From Octopus sinensis (lineage: Eukaryota): a stretch of 64,000 nucleotides of DNA. The stretch lies in the NCBI RefSeq assembly GCF_006345805.1, contig NC_042997.1:51646001-51710000 (forward strand), written 5' to 3'. Below, piece by piece: positions 40,701-50,400 of this stretch. The notes beneath the pieces are model-generated. The model did no database searches. It was not told the origin of the DNA and saw only the letters and a program-made list of their open reading frames with translations. Within the stretch, counting starts at the first letter, position 1, and every line of letters starts with the position of its first letter. The translations under genes were made by a program, and so were the position numbers.

Positions 40701-43700
40701 ATCTCAAGTTTGTTTGCATATACTGTTATAAAAGACTTGTTGGATATCAATAAATTGTTTTCTTTTTCCAGGTTGAGCAAATGGAGAGTTCTTTAGAGGA
40801 TAAACCAAGAGAATTATGGGTTAAAGAAAGTGATAAAAGAGTTGAATGCCAGTCAAATACTTTGATACCTAACTTATTTGACATAGCTTTCAAATGTGTC
40901 TCTGAAAGAAGAAAAGATCGACCAGCAATGAGTGAAGTAAGTATTAAATATATCTTGCCTTTTTCCCAGATACTCCTTCCTACCCTTATATAAATGTGAG
41001 ATAGCTATGTATCTTCTCCATAGCAAGACACTTGTTCCTTGCACATGATCCCAGTCCAACCTCTCAAATACTTCCCTACTTAGCCAAGATGTCTTTTCAC
41101 TTTTCTCTTTTCTTCTTTCCTGCCTTGCGAGTTACTTGGTGATCCTGCTAGTGCCAATGACATAACAAAAATGCACCCAGTATACTCTGTGAAGTAGTTG
41201 GCATTAGGAAAAAGCATCCAGCTGCAGAAACCATACCAAAGCTGACATGAAGCATGATGCAGGTCCATGGTTCACCAGATCCTCTCAAACTGTCCAGCTC
41301 ATACCAGCATGGAAAATGAACATTAAATGAGGATAACGATGATCTAAACACTGCTTCTGTTAATAGTTTTGCTAGAAAATAATTTGTATCTATGGGAGAG
41401 AGAAATTTGAATTTTTTATAATGGAATTGCATTTGTAATTTATGTAGTTCAACCAAAGCACTTTTTGCACCAGCTTTCATTCTTCTTCCAATTCTACCCT
41501 AATAACTCTGTCACTCTAGAGCAGAGAAAAATTGCCAGTGTCATTCTCCTGTTCAAAAAAGGTGATTACACATCATGTGTCAACTACCGTCCAGTCAGTC
41601 TTACTAGCTGCATCACCAAATTGATGGAGTCCTGTGTCAGAGAAACACTCTGGAACTTCTGGAGCTCTCACAGCCTTATTTGACCCTCACAGTTTGGGTT
41701 TATCCCTAACTCCAGCTGCTTTAGCCAACTCATCCAGTTTTCTGAGGGCATCACCCAAATCACTGATGACGGCTCATGAATGGATGTTATCTATCTTGAC
41801 TTTGTCAAAGCCTTCAATTCTGTGCCACACTAACAACCCATGGCAAAACTCTGCTATGGATGTGAAAGATGATCTCTGTAACTGGTTGAATCCTTCATTC
41901 TTGGTTGAAAATTGGTAGTCACGGTTCTAGGACATCATTCTTCACTCTATGAGATGACATCTCCTGAAACCCCAGAGATCCATTCTTGGGCCTGTGTTTG
42001 TTGCATATATTAATCGAAATCAAATTTGATGACTGGCATCCATGCTAGTGGAGCGCTAAGAACACCATCCGAGTGTGATCATTGCCAGAACAGCTGACTG
42101 GCTTCCATGCTGGTGACACATAAAAAGCACCATTCAAGCGTGATCATTACTAGCGTCGTCTTACTGGCACTTGTACCGATGGCATGTGAAAAAACATTCG
42201 AGCGAGGTCGTTGCCAGTGGTGCTGGACTGGCTCCTGTGCAGGTGGCATGTAAAAAACACCATTTGAGCATGGCCGTTGCCAGTACCGCCTGACTGGCCC
42301 CCATCAGTCCCATTTCTTTATTTTTTGAAGACTTATTCACTGTTCACTCTCTGTGCATATTCTATGTTCTGTTTATGCAGTTTCGGTTACAATTTCTGAT
42401 GAGCCCTGTATACAATAAGTTCATTATTATTATTATGATGCCTATAATTTACATCAGTCACCTCATATTTTAGGGCAGTGCTTATCATAGCAGCGATCAT
42501 TGAAAAGGATGATGATGAATATCTACTGAATCAATGAAATATAAAGCTTGCTCTAGGTTTTGAGATATTTAAAAAAAAATTATGACACATGTAGTTGATT
42601 TTCAGGAGTATTCTATATTCTTGAATTAAAGAATTATGCTAAATACTTGTAAATTTTCACAAAGTAACCATAAATTTAGTTGCACAAATAATTTTAATAA
42701 AAGCACTATCTGAACATGATCGATGCCAAACCTACCTGACTGGCTCCTGTGCCAGTGGCATGTAAAATGCACCCACTACACTCGGAGTGGTTGGGGTTAG
42801 GAAGGGCATCCAGCTGTAGAAACATTGCCAGATCAGATTGGAGCCTGGTGCAGCTGCTGGCTCTCCAGACCTCAGTCAAACTGTCCAGCCTGTGCCAACA
42901 TGGAAAACGGATGTTAAATGATGATGATGATGAAAAGCAGTTAGCAAAATGTATTTAATAAAACCACAAATTCACAGATTTCTGTCAGGTGTTTTTCTCA
43001 ATTATACCTGTTCATTTTTTATTAGGTGGTGCAAAATTTGAACTGTTTGGAAAGGCATTTCATAAGAGGTAATTATTCATACAATTTATTTACCAGATTT
43101 GCAAAAAATTACTCCTGGTAACTTCCTTGACAGCACAAGGAATTTTCATGGGAGAATACAAAAGCAGCTTGTTTTTTTTTTTCTCTTTTTTTTTGCAAAA
43201 CTCCATTTTCTCACTTCTTTACGTCCACTACCCTAGCTGAACTGAGTCAGAACAAATACTGCAAATACACTCTTATAACTTCACTAATATACTTCCCAGT
43301 CTGTTGAAAAGAATATAAGACAAACTTGACTTCAGCAGGATTTGAACTCTGAACATAAGAGTCTAAACAAAATGCCACAAGGTATTTTGTCTGATGCCCT
43401 AATGATACTAGCAAATTGTTGCCTTAGTGACCTTTGAAGTGCTATTCAGTGGTATAAAATGAACATGTTTATTTCCATATCTAAGTATTATGAGAAAGCA
43501 AAATAATGTGCTTTGCTATAGAATATAAGCTAAAGGCTATGATAACGTCTGAACTCCTCAAAATATCTTAGCTAGTATACTCTGAATATGAGAGAGAATA
43601 TTTCAAATATATTTAAATGTCAGATTTTACAGTATGTTTAATAGTTAGTCCAACTGTTTTATTGTCTTTTTTAGTTTATACCAACTTAATGCAACTATTT

Positions 43701-44437
43701 CATCCTTAGTCTAGAAGAGCCCTATTTTTCAAAGGACTATGCCTTTCAGTTATGCAAATATTTCTGATTATGATAGTTTGTTTTTCCTTCTCAAATTCAT
43801 CAAGTTATAATAGATATAATTAACGGAATGTTTTAATAAACTAGGTGAGTTAAGTTTCATTTTAAAAAATACCAGTAAAATCAAGTCTTCAATTTTCAAA
43901 TAACATTTGTATTAAGAAAATCTCTACTCCAGTCAGTTAACATGTATAAATTCTATTCTTTTTTTTCTAGATATCGAAGTTAATGTTCCAGAAATGCTTT
44001 ATCAATCAACCAATGAATATTGTCAGTCTAGTTCTTCCAACAGTGATAACTTTGATCCATTTACAAGCTGTGAGCCATTTAAGCTGCAGCGCAGCTGGGA
44101 TGAAAAAAATAAAAGAAAAGCTGAGACAATATCACATTCTGAGAGTGTAGAAGACAATTGTGCAAATGATAATGTAGAATCTCTTCCAGATGAGGAACTA
44201 TGTTCTGAGACTTGCGTAAGCACACATGTGGAGTCAGTTTTGAATGAAGATGCTAATTTATGTGAAGATGAAGATACTAACAGCAAAACTGAAAGTGATG
44301 AAATAGGTTATAAAGAGTTTTCAACAGATATAAAAGATCAAAGGAAGTGCTTTTTCAAGAACTATGAAGCAAAGAAATCTAATTGTTTTCAAGAAAACTA
44401 TAATTGCTCTGATGAATGTGGGGTAAATGCAGAATAA
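14885..44437 (+). CDS. IRAK1: IRAK1/Pelle-like death-domain Ser/Thr kinase, 12 coding exons, 654 aa (whole-gene span)
   Basis: Hand-spliced exons: 14885-14963, 25246-25416, 28467-28589, 33127-33476, 33565-33638, 34151-34265, 35488-35597, 38707-38917, 39051-39107, 40772-40936, 43026-43068, 43971-44437; total 1965 nt, one open frame. Domains: N-terminal death domain (IPYSIVLEISTLDFDDGWKKIAAEI...LLRIWGCQNATVFDLYKVLHKVGR), kinase (IGRGTFGSVYYG, CAIKKL, FVYEYM, IHGDIKSCNIL, IGDLGLA, GTLAYLPPEF, DIYSFGVVLLEIITG, RPAMSEV), acidic tail. HGD and GT-x-YLPPEF fit IRAK1/Pelle better than IRAK4 (HRD); the symbol is a best guess within the IRAK family. Confidence 0.9.
15700..16600 (-). mobile_element. Degenerate CR1/L2-type LINE 3' coding fragment, split by a MITE
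   Basis: Minus translation MRLQLEYANQVWCSY...LRELSYKERL...FKIMNGIYD...TKGH resembles the CR1 RT C-terminus. Confidence 0.7.
15894..16360. mobile_element. MITE, 467 bp, ~95-bp imperfect TIRs, perfect 8-bp TSD
   Basis: AGTCGTTC at 15886-15893 and 16361-16368; TIR GGCG(A/T)A(G/A)TTCTGTTTTAAGCACA...; removing the MITE restores the host LINE frame. Confidence 0.9.
16960..18990. other. Unidentified decayed coding-like relic
   Basis: Long stretches with coding-like composition broken by stops; family not recognised. Confidence 0.3.
19398..19915 (-). mobile_element. 3' fragment of a DD37D (maT/mori-like) Tc1/mariner element
   Basis: FWHPNSPDCNPMDY ... WGMVEKDINHSAFNTKAELVAKITEVFEDLPRDTVRSACARLQSHLEATVEAEGSYLE; interrupted by (CA)n. 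Confidence 0.75.
20090..20420 (-). mobile_element. RTE 3' end with tandem 3'UTR subrepeats
   Basis: (CAT)n tail; repeated units ggcaacgg(c/a)cacgaacggatggtgcttttacgtg. Confidence 0.85.
21738..23535 (-). mobile_element. 5'-truncated RTE-clade LINE (RT C-terminal part and 3'UTR)
   Basis: ORFs 23009-23404 (LLYADDLAL) and 22282-22917 (LRWYGHVARMD...GRGRPRKTW); (CAT)n tail. Confidence 0.95.
23540..23900 (-). mobile_element. SINE family A (partial)
   Basis: Reverse complement of the 14070 copy. Confidence 0.85.
24230..24760 (-). mobile_element. Old degenerate RTE fragment
   Basis: Residual similarity to the RTE 3' coding region (gtcctaggtaacagaagct; cttcctaggtctc). Confidence 0.55.
25246..25416 (+). 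CDS. IRAK1: IRAK-like exon 2 (death domain)
   Basis: ttcag acceptor; AAEIDLSFREIKCLESDRNPTVSLLRIWGCQNATVFDLYKVLHKVGRYEEMKHLEQI; A|gtatgt donor. Confidence 0.9.
25793..26176 (-). mobile_element. Tc1 5' fragment with terminus
   Basis: Minus translation includes SSSKQHSGRKPKLSDRD (Tc1 GRPR-like linker); end ...ctttgtctaaccccta against (TA)n. Confidence 0.7.
26204..26460. repeat. (TA)n-flanked element with a perfect 62-bp inverted duplication and half-hammerhead
   Basis: 26322-26383 is the exact reverse complement of 26397-26458, 13-nt loop; contains GAAAC-AAUU-GUA; same family as 10551-10900. Confidence 0.9.
26632..26861. repeat. Imperfect palindrome (~85-bp arms, 56-nt spacer) carrying a hammerhead
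   Basis: ~26632-26718 vs ~26775-26861. Confidence 0.88.
26752..26799 (+). ncRNA. Minimal type I hammerhead ribozyme motif
   Basis: gtct CUGAUGA a-gggata-tccctaa-tatctc-a GAAAC auct GUA agac; stem I gtct/agac; the inverted arm carries the perfectly palindromic stem III ACAGCUGU. Confidence 0.72.
27167..27369. mobile_element. piggyBac-type MITE (degenerate)
   Basis: TTAA flanks; cccttta.../...tttaagga ends. Confidence 0.6.
28019..28326. mobile_element. piggyBac-type MITE
   Basis: TTAA at 28015-28018 and 28327-28330; perfect 10-bp TIR ccccttaccc/gggtaagggg. Confidence 0.85.
28467..28589 (+). CDS. IRAK1: IRAK-like exon 3 (linker)
   Basis: ttacag acceptor; open phase 1-to-1 exon IQEENRPLAHIPEGARYINPEEINNLQPDNNDDFVDEINPS; G|gtatgt donor. 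Confidence 0.75.
28684..29066 (-). mobile_element. SINE family A
   Basis: Reverse complement of the consensus; head slightly truncated. Confidence 0.9.
29714..30122 (-). mobile_element. Full-length SINE family A
   Basis: Tail (tactctt)n through to ccacacagccactcctgcgccta. Confidence 0.92.
30680..31090 (+). mobile_element. CRE-clade non-LTR retrotransposon C-terminal restriction-like endonuclease relic
   Basis: EPAGLGLGDGKRPDGMT...ATCCDTL...AEKSKLSKYQLLSDRFMVEPVAVETS...CISLAIFQGNAFSIL (RPD...K..KY...VET motif). Confidence 0.75.
31478..31700 (+). mobile_element. tRNA-derived SINE family B (other copies ~8400-8570 -, ~32810-33030 -, ~39725-39950 +, ~55890-56135 -, ~61290-61510 +)
   Basis: ggtgagctggcagaa...gagttcaaattcc...cctttcatcc...aagtacca...ccttgtgcc recurring in both orientations. 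Confidence 0.8.
33127..33476 (+). CDS. IRAK1: IRAK-like exon 4 (linker, Gly-rich loop, beta3 Lys)
   Basis: Lies within ORF 33033-33593; ...YSYEEIESATQSFSHCIGRGTFGSVYYGILKGSRCAIKKLSK|gtaaat. Confidence 0.92.
33565..33638 (+). CDS. IRAK1: IRAK-like exon 5 (alphaC helix)
   Basis: Poly-T/gaag acceptor; DLNGTNKAINILKKNPLDEMKILLR; CG|gtaaaa donor. Confidence 0.8.
34151..34265 (+). CDS. IRAK1: IRAK-like exon 6 (gatekeeper/hinge)
   Basis: YRHDNIINIYGYCFHKDDIYFVYEYMDKGSLQDCLLND|gtaagt. Confidence 0.92.
34741..35030 (+). mobile_element. SINE family A (3' half)
   Basis: Central domain plus (gtaaaaga)n tail. Confidence 0.88.
35488..35597 (+). CDS. IRAK1: IRAK-like exon 7 (catalytic loop)
   Basis: NDCLNWIERLTITKGIACGLYYLHSHSVPVIHGDIK(S); AG|gtttgt donor. 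Confidence 0.92.
35730..35965 (+). mobile_element. RTE 3' end
   Basis: 3'UTR plus (GAT)n. Confidence 0.85.
36158..36525 (-). mobile_element. SINE family A
   Basis: Reverse complement of the consensus with an internal deletion. Confidence 0.88.
37071..37452 (+). mobile_element. Full-length SINE family A
   Basis: taggcgcaggagtggctg... through to the tail. Confidence 0.9.
38707..38917 (+). CDS. IRAK1: IRAK-like exon 8 (DLG motif, activation segment)
   Basis: CNILINKHKEAKIGDLGLAGFLTDHSSELLDRVSKQMNPKLFGTLAYLPPEFGTSKGKRFLETDIYSFGV|gtaagt. Confidence 0.93.
39051..39107 (+). CDS. IRAK1: IRAK-like exon 9
   Basis: ctatag acceptor; VLLEIITGKLAFDDQYKTL|gtaaat. Confidence 0.88.
40772..40936 (+). CDS. 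IRAK1: IRAK-like exon 10 (kinase C-lobe end)
   Basis: VEQMESSLEDKPRELWVKESDKRVECQSNTLIPNLFDIAFKCVSERRKDRPAMSE|gtaagt. Confidence 0.9.
41490..42010 (+). mobile_element. CR1/L2-type RT fragment
   Basis: KIASVILLFKKGD...NYRPVSLTSCITKLMES...QFGF...DVIYLDFVKAFNSVPH. Confidence 0.88.
42020..42935 (+). mobile_element. Two RTE 3'UTR fragments (~42020-42300, ~42730-42935)
   Basis: Same 3'UTR subrepeats and (GAT)n tail. Confidence 0.8.
43026..43068 (+). CDS. IRAK1: IRAK-like exon 11 (43 nt)
   Basis: tttattag acceptor; VVQNLNCLERHFIR + G|gtaatt; supplies the phase 0-to-1 shift needed to join the terminal ORF. Confidence 0.75.
43971..44437 (+). CDS. IRAK1: IRAK-like exon 12 (acidic Ser/Glu/Asp-rich tail, stop)
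   Basis: ttttctag acceptor; DIEVNVPE continues into ORF 43994-44437, ending TAA. Confidence 0.8.
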
Positions 44438-45969
44438 GTAGTACTTATTCTTTAAGTTTACAAAAAGCGTGTTAACTGTCAGAAACAAGCTTTGATTGAT
44501 TTGTAAACTCTTTGAAGTCCTCCTGAAGACAAAAGGTATAAATCTGGATTTTAAAAGATTTTTGGAGTTTCTTGATCTTGGTTCCCATGAGTCAGTTATT
44601 CAAAACTGCAGGGTATGTAACATTAAGGGCGATAACACTGGGAAACATTTTCAAAAAAATTTTTAGTCGTCTTACTTTTTACAATTGGTTTTATTTAATT
44701 TGATGGTGCTGGGTTCAGAAATGTCCTCTGAACTTTTTCGTCATGACAAGTCTTTTTGTTAAACAGGAATTCATTTTTTACCGAAAAAAAGTCAATGTTG
44801 CTGCTAAATGCAGTACTGAAATACGAAACTAACATAAACCAAATAATACTTTTTATTATTTAACAAATATATTACACAAAATGTTTAATTGAACATCTTA
44901 TTTTATTATATGATATTTCTGTCAAACTGAACTTGGAATGATAGTAACACTAAATCAAGCACAGTGTGGGCATATCTGCTGGCAGATACAACAAAATCCA
45001 CAAATACAGGACATGTATGAAGTCAAGGATCACAGAAATATAGTTTATTAACTAATTCTATTAAGGACATTTCTGACATCAGCATGATGTTTAAAGCTGA
45101 TTAAATTGAAAATAGTGAAAGTTGCTTGAGTTTGATGTTTTTTATTTATTAAAGATAGTTAATTCATGACTTTCATAGTAGCATTTACTTCAAATGACAT
45201 TGAAAAATTAGGTTTCCAAAGTTATATCATGCTCTATAGATGGCTCCACATTTGATGAAGCCAAATCTATACTTAGAAATGATGACAATATCAAGAATGC
45301 TGAAAAATGGACATTTGAATTAGTGAAAAACCTTGGTATGACAGAAATGGATTTCATGTTTTAAATCAGCACCCCAAAATTACCAGAAAACTTATCTCTG
45401 ACACTAGACTAGACAACAAAAACCATGTTCCCCAATGTAATAGTAAAGTTCAAAAGAGTAACAATTAATTTAAAATTCAATAACTCTTTAACAAAATTGA
45501 GCTGTCTGATTGTCATTTACCTGCAGTTTTAGACAACACATTGAGTATTTACTTCACAGTTGGGTATATATCTATAAGAGACAGAAATTATTGGATATGT
45601 TTTTTTCTGTCTTTCAGTAAGTAATCCTGTTAACCCAACCCCCTTTTGGTGCCACTGACTTTGGGATACACTATAATAATGTTATTTTTATATTACAATT
45701 CCTCTACATTCAAATTGAAAAAGAAAAAAAAGAAAAAAAAAACAGTGAAATTTGAGATACTATCACATAAGATGGAACTCACTTCCTTTCACTCATACCT
45801 TATGTTTATATATATATATATATATTCAATCTCATGGCTTTCATAGTTTCTAATCTTTTTACTAAGTCACAAATTTGTTGAGAAATTGAATCATTCATTA
45901 TATTACTGGCACCCTTTGTAAGATTGATATCAGAATGTTAAAAGATATACTTAGATAATATATGGTTTG

Positions 45970-46325
45970 TGTGTAAATATATTCTTTTACTTGTTTCAAC
46001 AAGAGGCTGACGCCATGCTGGAGCACTGCCTTTCGGTGTTTTGGGGTCTCCTTTCCATAGTGTTTTTCTGGTGGAGAAACGAGTTGGACAAAGCTGCTCT
46101 TCTTTGTGCCTCCTGCCGTGATGTGGGCTCATCTGGGATTTCAGACAGAAATTTGTCCAGGTGTTTTTTGAACGTTTTCACATCTACACCTTACAGATCT
46201 TGTAGGTCCCTTGGCAGGATGTTAAACAGTTGTGGTCCCCTGAAACCCAGACTGTTGCAATACTGGGTCCTTATCTGAGATGGTATCTTTGGTATTATGC
46301 AGTGCCATCCAGTTCAGTGGTTGGT
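45970..46325 (-). mobile_element. CR1/L2-type LINE 3' end with a SINE-A-like tail
   Basis: Minus translation HCIIPKIPSQIRTQYCNSLGFRGPQLFNILPRDL...FKKHLDKFLSEIPDEP; tail ggcagtgctccagcatggc...gaaacaagtaaaaga. Confidence 0.85.
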
Positions 46326-47320
46326 TTAGCATGGCTTTAAACTCCATTCATGAAATTTAATTGTTACAAAGAATGGTACTTTTTAAGACTATTATTTTTA
46401 TACAAAATAAGTTTAAAAGAGTTATTTATAAATGCCTACTTAATTTTAAAGATACTCATAGGCATGACACTGGTGCAATTATATTATATTTATAATAAAA
46501 TTGTTATTGCTCTCCTTTAAGATAGACTTTGTTTTTATTATTTTGATGGAAAATGAGAAAATACTAAGCATGTACTATTTGTGGTAGAATCAATTGCTTG
46601 ACTGTGAAAAGAGTTAAATTGGTATAAATGGTAGAGTATCCAATTCTGTTGGCAGTATTTGATACCTTTTTATATTTATTATCATTGTTGCTGTTTTTTT
46701 AAGTTTGCTCTTTGCATATTTGCATGGTTTGGACAAGACTTGTAGAGTAAAGGCGCTTGGCCTAGTGGGTAGGGTGTTGCACTTACAATCGTGAGATAAT
46801 GGTTTCAATCCCCAGATTGGTTGTGCATTGTGTTCTTGAGCAAAACACTTCATTTCATGTTGCTATAGTTCACTCAGCCATAAATGGATAATCTTTTCAT
46901 GGATTGGCTTACAAAGGTGAGATGGTAACTCTGAGAAAGTTACCTGAATAGAGATCATGCTAAACATGCTTTATTTTCAGCAATTGAAAAGATGAATAAG
47001 TACAACCTGAACTCAGCTAGTTGGGATTGGTTATTCAATCATGTTGAAGATCGATCAATCAAGTCAAGGCAGAGGCAATATTCTCTGACCTAATGCTTTT
47101 CCTGATGTCAACCTTTGATTTTCAAATAAAGAACTTTATTTCATGACTTCAATCACTTCACAAATGACTGTTAAACAAATTATTTAAATATGGAAATAAT
47201 AGAAAATAAACAAATATAAGAAATTATTTTATTTAAACTGAAATCCAGACATTTGTAGCTTTTTTTTTTTTTAATATATATACTCGTATATGTTGTAAAA
47301 TGTTTATATAATGACACAGT

Positions 47321-47410
47321 TTAACTTGATGATTTTAACTGGCCTTGACCTTTAGATACATCACTTATACAGACCCATTCACCTTCCAATGTCTCTTTCC
47401 AAAGTGTCAC
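47321..47410 (-). CDS. SEC13: SEC13 terminal exon ([29 protein letters not shown])
   Basis: tttgcag acceptor; TAA at 47321-47323; minus-strand AATAAA at 47228-47233 and 47135-47140. Confidence 0.92.
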   Translation of the reverse strand: MTLWKETLEGEWVCISDVSKGQGQLKSSS

Positions 47411-50400
47411 CTGCAAAAATAAATATTAGTTATTAATAAAATTATCAAGCATTGGTAGATTCAAACATTCACTATAACTTTTCAATAATTTAGCTTTATT
47501 TGATCATTTTTTTTTTCTCTCTTAGAGCGTGCCTTAACAGAACTTTAGTGTTCAGAAGTATAAATTTGAGGTCAATATACTGGCAATCATTATAGCATAT
47601 ACAACTCTAAATATCATATTTCAGAAATAGAGCTGATTTAACTAACTGCTGTAGTAGTATATGACCGACTTATTTTATAAATTCCAGTAAAATGTTAATT
47701 GAAGTCACGCCAGTAAAATAATAATTAATGCAGGCTGATTATGATAATAGTATAATAGTTACTTTACTATCACTAAAATCACCTGGCACTAGAAGAAGAT
47801 GGAACTCCAGAAATAATGTAAAAGAAGTGCCATGTTGCATAGCAGTGAGATACAGCAATCCCTCACCATATCACAGACTCAGTACATCGCCTATTTTGCT
47901 GGCTAATATATGTAAATTTATATCGGGACTTCTCAGTATATCGCAAGTTTCTGTGACCAATATCATTTATATGTTTTTAGATTTTGGAATGTAACACTCA
48001 CAATAGTCAAGGGATTTCTGTATTAGATAAGAGTGTGGATTCTGTGTGGTAGTGGAACATGATTGTTGTTCACTACTTTCTTCAAATGTTCTTTCAATGA
48101 GTTGAATATGAGACACTCGATATTTGTTATCAACTTGTATGACAGAGTGCAAGTGAGCTGTGGCAGAAGTGAGGCACAAAAGCATCAGCCAGTGGACTGA
48201 GGTTGTCATTCAGATCCTTCCCTTTAATATAATACTAAAGAGTAAACTTTTTTCATCTATCTGAGGTGACTGATTACCAAGGCACCCCACTACTCAGTGA
48301 AAAGTACTTGAGGTAGAGTAAGAAGTGGTGTAGGGCCTTATAGGTGAGAAAAGTGATAGTGTGTCCCATCTGTAACAGCATACAAAGCTTCTTTCAGGTT
48401 CTGTCTACCAATTCCACTCACTTCAGTTAACTTGGAGATATAAGAGATGACACTTGCCCAAGGGGAATGAACGCAAAATCACCTAGTTGAGAAGTGAACA
48501 CAGTCATGCTTGCACTTATATAAGAATTTGATTATTTAGGCTATTACATAAAAAAATTTCTAATAAAGAGTTTTCAGTTGATTGATCAATGGAACTACCA
48601 AGGCAATTGAATTAATCATATAGTGGAATCAAAACCTGGAGATTGAGAAGCAAACTTCATTACTAAACCACTGAACCATACTGTCAATACTTCAGAATAA
48701 TTTTAAGACATCGTTACTTTATAATATGTAATCATTAGCTAACCTACAAAGTGCAATAACGAAATAGAACATCAACACTTACCTTGTTATCTCCACCTGA
48801 TACAGCAAGAATATTGCCTGTCACAGACCAACTTACATGCCAAACAACGTCATTGAATTGATATAGTATTTTGGGTGTCCATACGTTGGCAGTACCATCA
48901 TTGGTCCATATTACCACAGAGCCATCCTGAGAAACAAAGCAAAAAAGAAAAAAGAACTTTAAAAAAATATTAAAGCAATGCAAAATTGAAGTATAACTAC
49001 CATTGTTCATCATTATCATTGTTTTAACATCTACTTCCCCTTGCTTACATCAATCAGATGAGATGGAGGTTAGATTTTCTACAGCTGGATGCTCTTCCTG
49101 TTTCTAATCCTCATTTATTTCCAAGTAACATAATATTTTCCTCTAGTCTTGACATGTTTACATGGAAGATTGCATACAAACACTATGATGATGTTTGCAA
49201 TTAGCATGCGATGTCAAAACAAACACACACACACACACACATATATATATGGAGGCGGAATGGCCCAGTGGTTAGGGCAGCAGACTCACGGTAGTAGGAT
49301 CGCGGTTTCGATTCCCAGACCGGGCATTGTGAGTGTTTATTGAGCGAAAACACCTAAAGCTCCACGAAGCTCCAGCAGGGATGGTGGTAATCCCTGCTGT
49401 ACTCTTTCACCACAACTTTCTCTCACTCTTACTTCCTGTTTCTGTTGTACCTGTATTTCAAAGGGCCGGCCTTGTCACTCTCTGTGTCACGCTGTATATC
49501 CCCAAGAACTGCGTTAAGGGTACACGTGTCTGTGGAGTGCTCAGCCACTTACACGTTAATTTCACGAGCAGGCTGTTCCGTTGATCGGATCAACCGGAAC
49601 CCTCATCGTCGTAACCGACGGAGTGCTTCCATCCCATATATATATATATAGAGAGAGAGAGAGTACAGAAATAGAGTACAGGACAAATAACACAAGGAAA
49701 ATTCCCCTTCTTCAGTCGCCATGGTTTCATCTACTCTGCGTTTTGAAGGTGAAGGTGATACGCATCTTCGATAGAAACTTTCCTTCCCGCAAAAAGCAAA
49801 TTAAATAAAATATGCACACGGTGGGTTTCTTTTCAGTTTCTGTCTATCAAATACACTCATAAAACTTTGATCAGTCTAAAATTATATAATAAAAGACACT
49901 TGTTCAAAGTGCCATGCCATAGGATTACTCAAAAGAATATGGTTGGAAAGCAAATTCTTTAACCACTCAGCCTATAACTATATTTCAAAGAATTAGAAAA
50001 TTATTATTAATATTTAAAATTTATTCCTTTGTTATGCTATTTTTAAATAAAAATATGCTAATTTTTTCAGTTATCCTAATAGACTAAATGAAACTAATTT
50101 AAAAGATAAACTTAAAATACTATTTTAAGAAACATAAGTGATACTTTTGAGATAACAGGAAATTATTTGACAATATCAACAGCATTTATAAGCTGCATTT
50201 TTCTCAATAAAAATCTTGAATTAAGTGAATCTCTTTCATGTTAACAGTGACATAAATAGGACCATTATAGTATTCTACATAGGCCTAGCACTCATTCCAA
50301 GATAAAAAGAAAAAGTGACTGCATAGCTCTAAAGGTTTCATAAGGCTAAAGATTTATGTACCAGTTTATGGGTAAAAAACACTTTCTCTGAAAGCTTAGA

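Noticed and set aside
49660-49810. Microsatellite-adjacent fragment with CUGAAGA and GAAAC words
   Set aside because: Motifs are in the wrong order or spacing and no consistent stem I could be drawn. It may be PLE-related but is not a supportable hammerhead.
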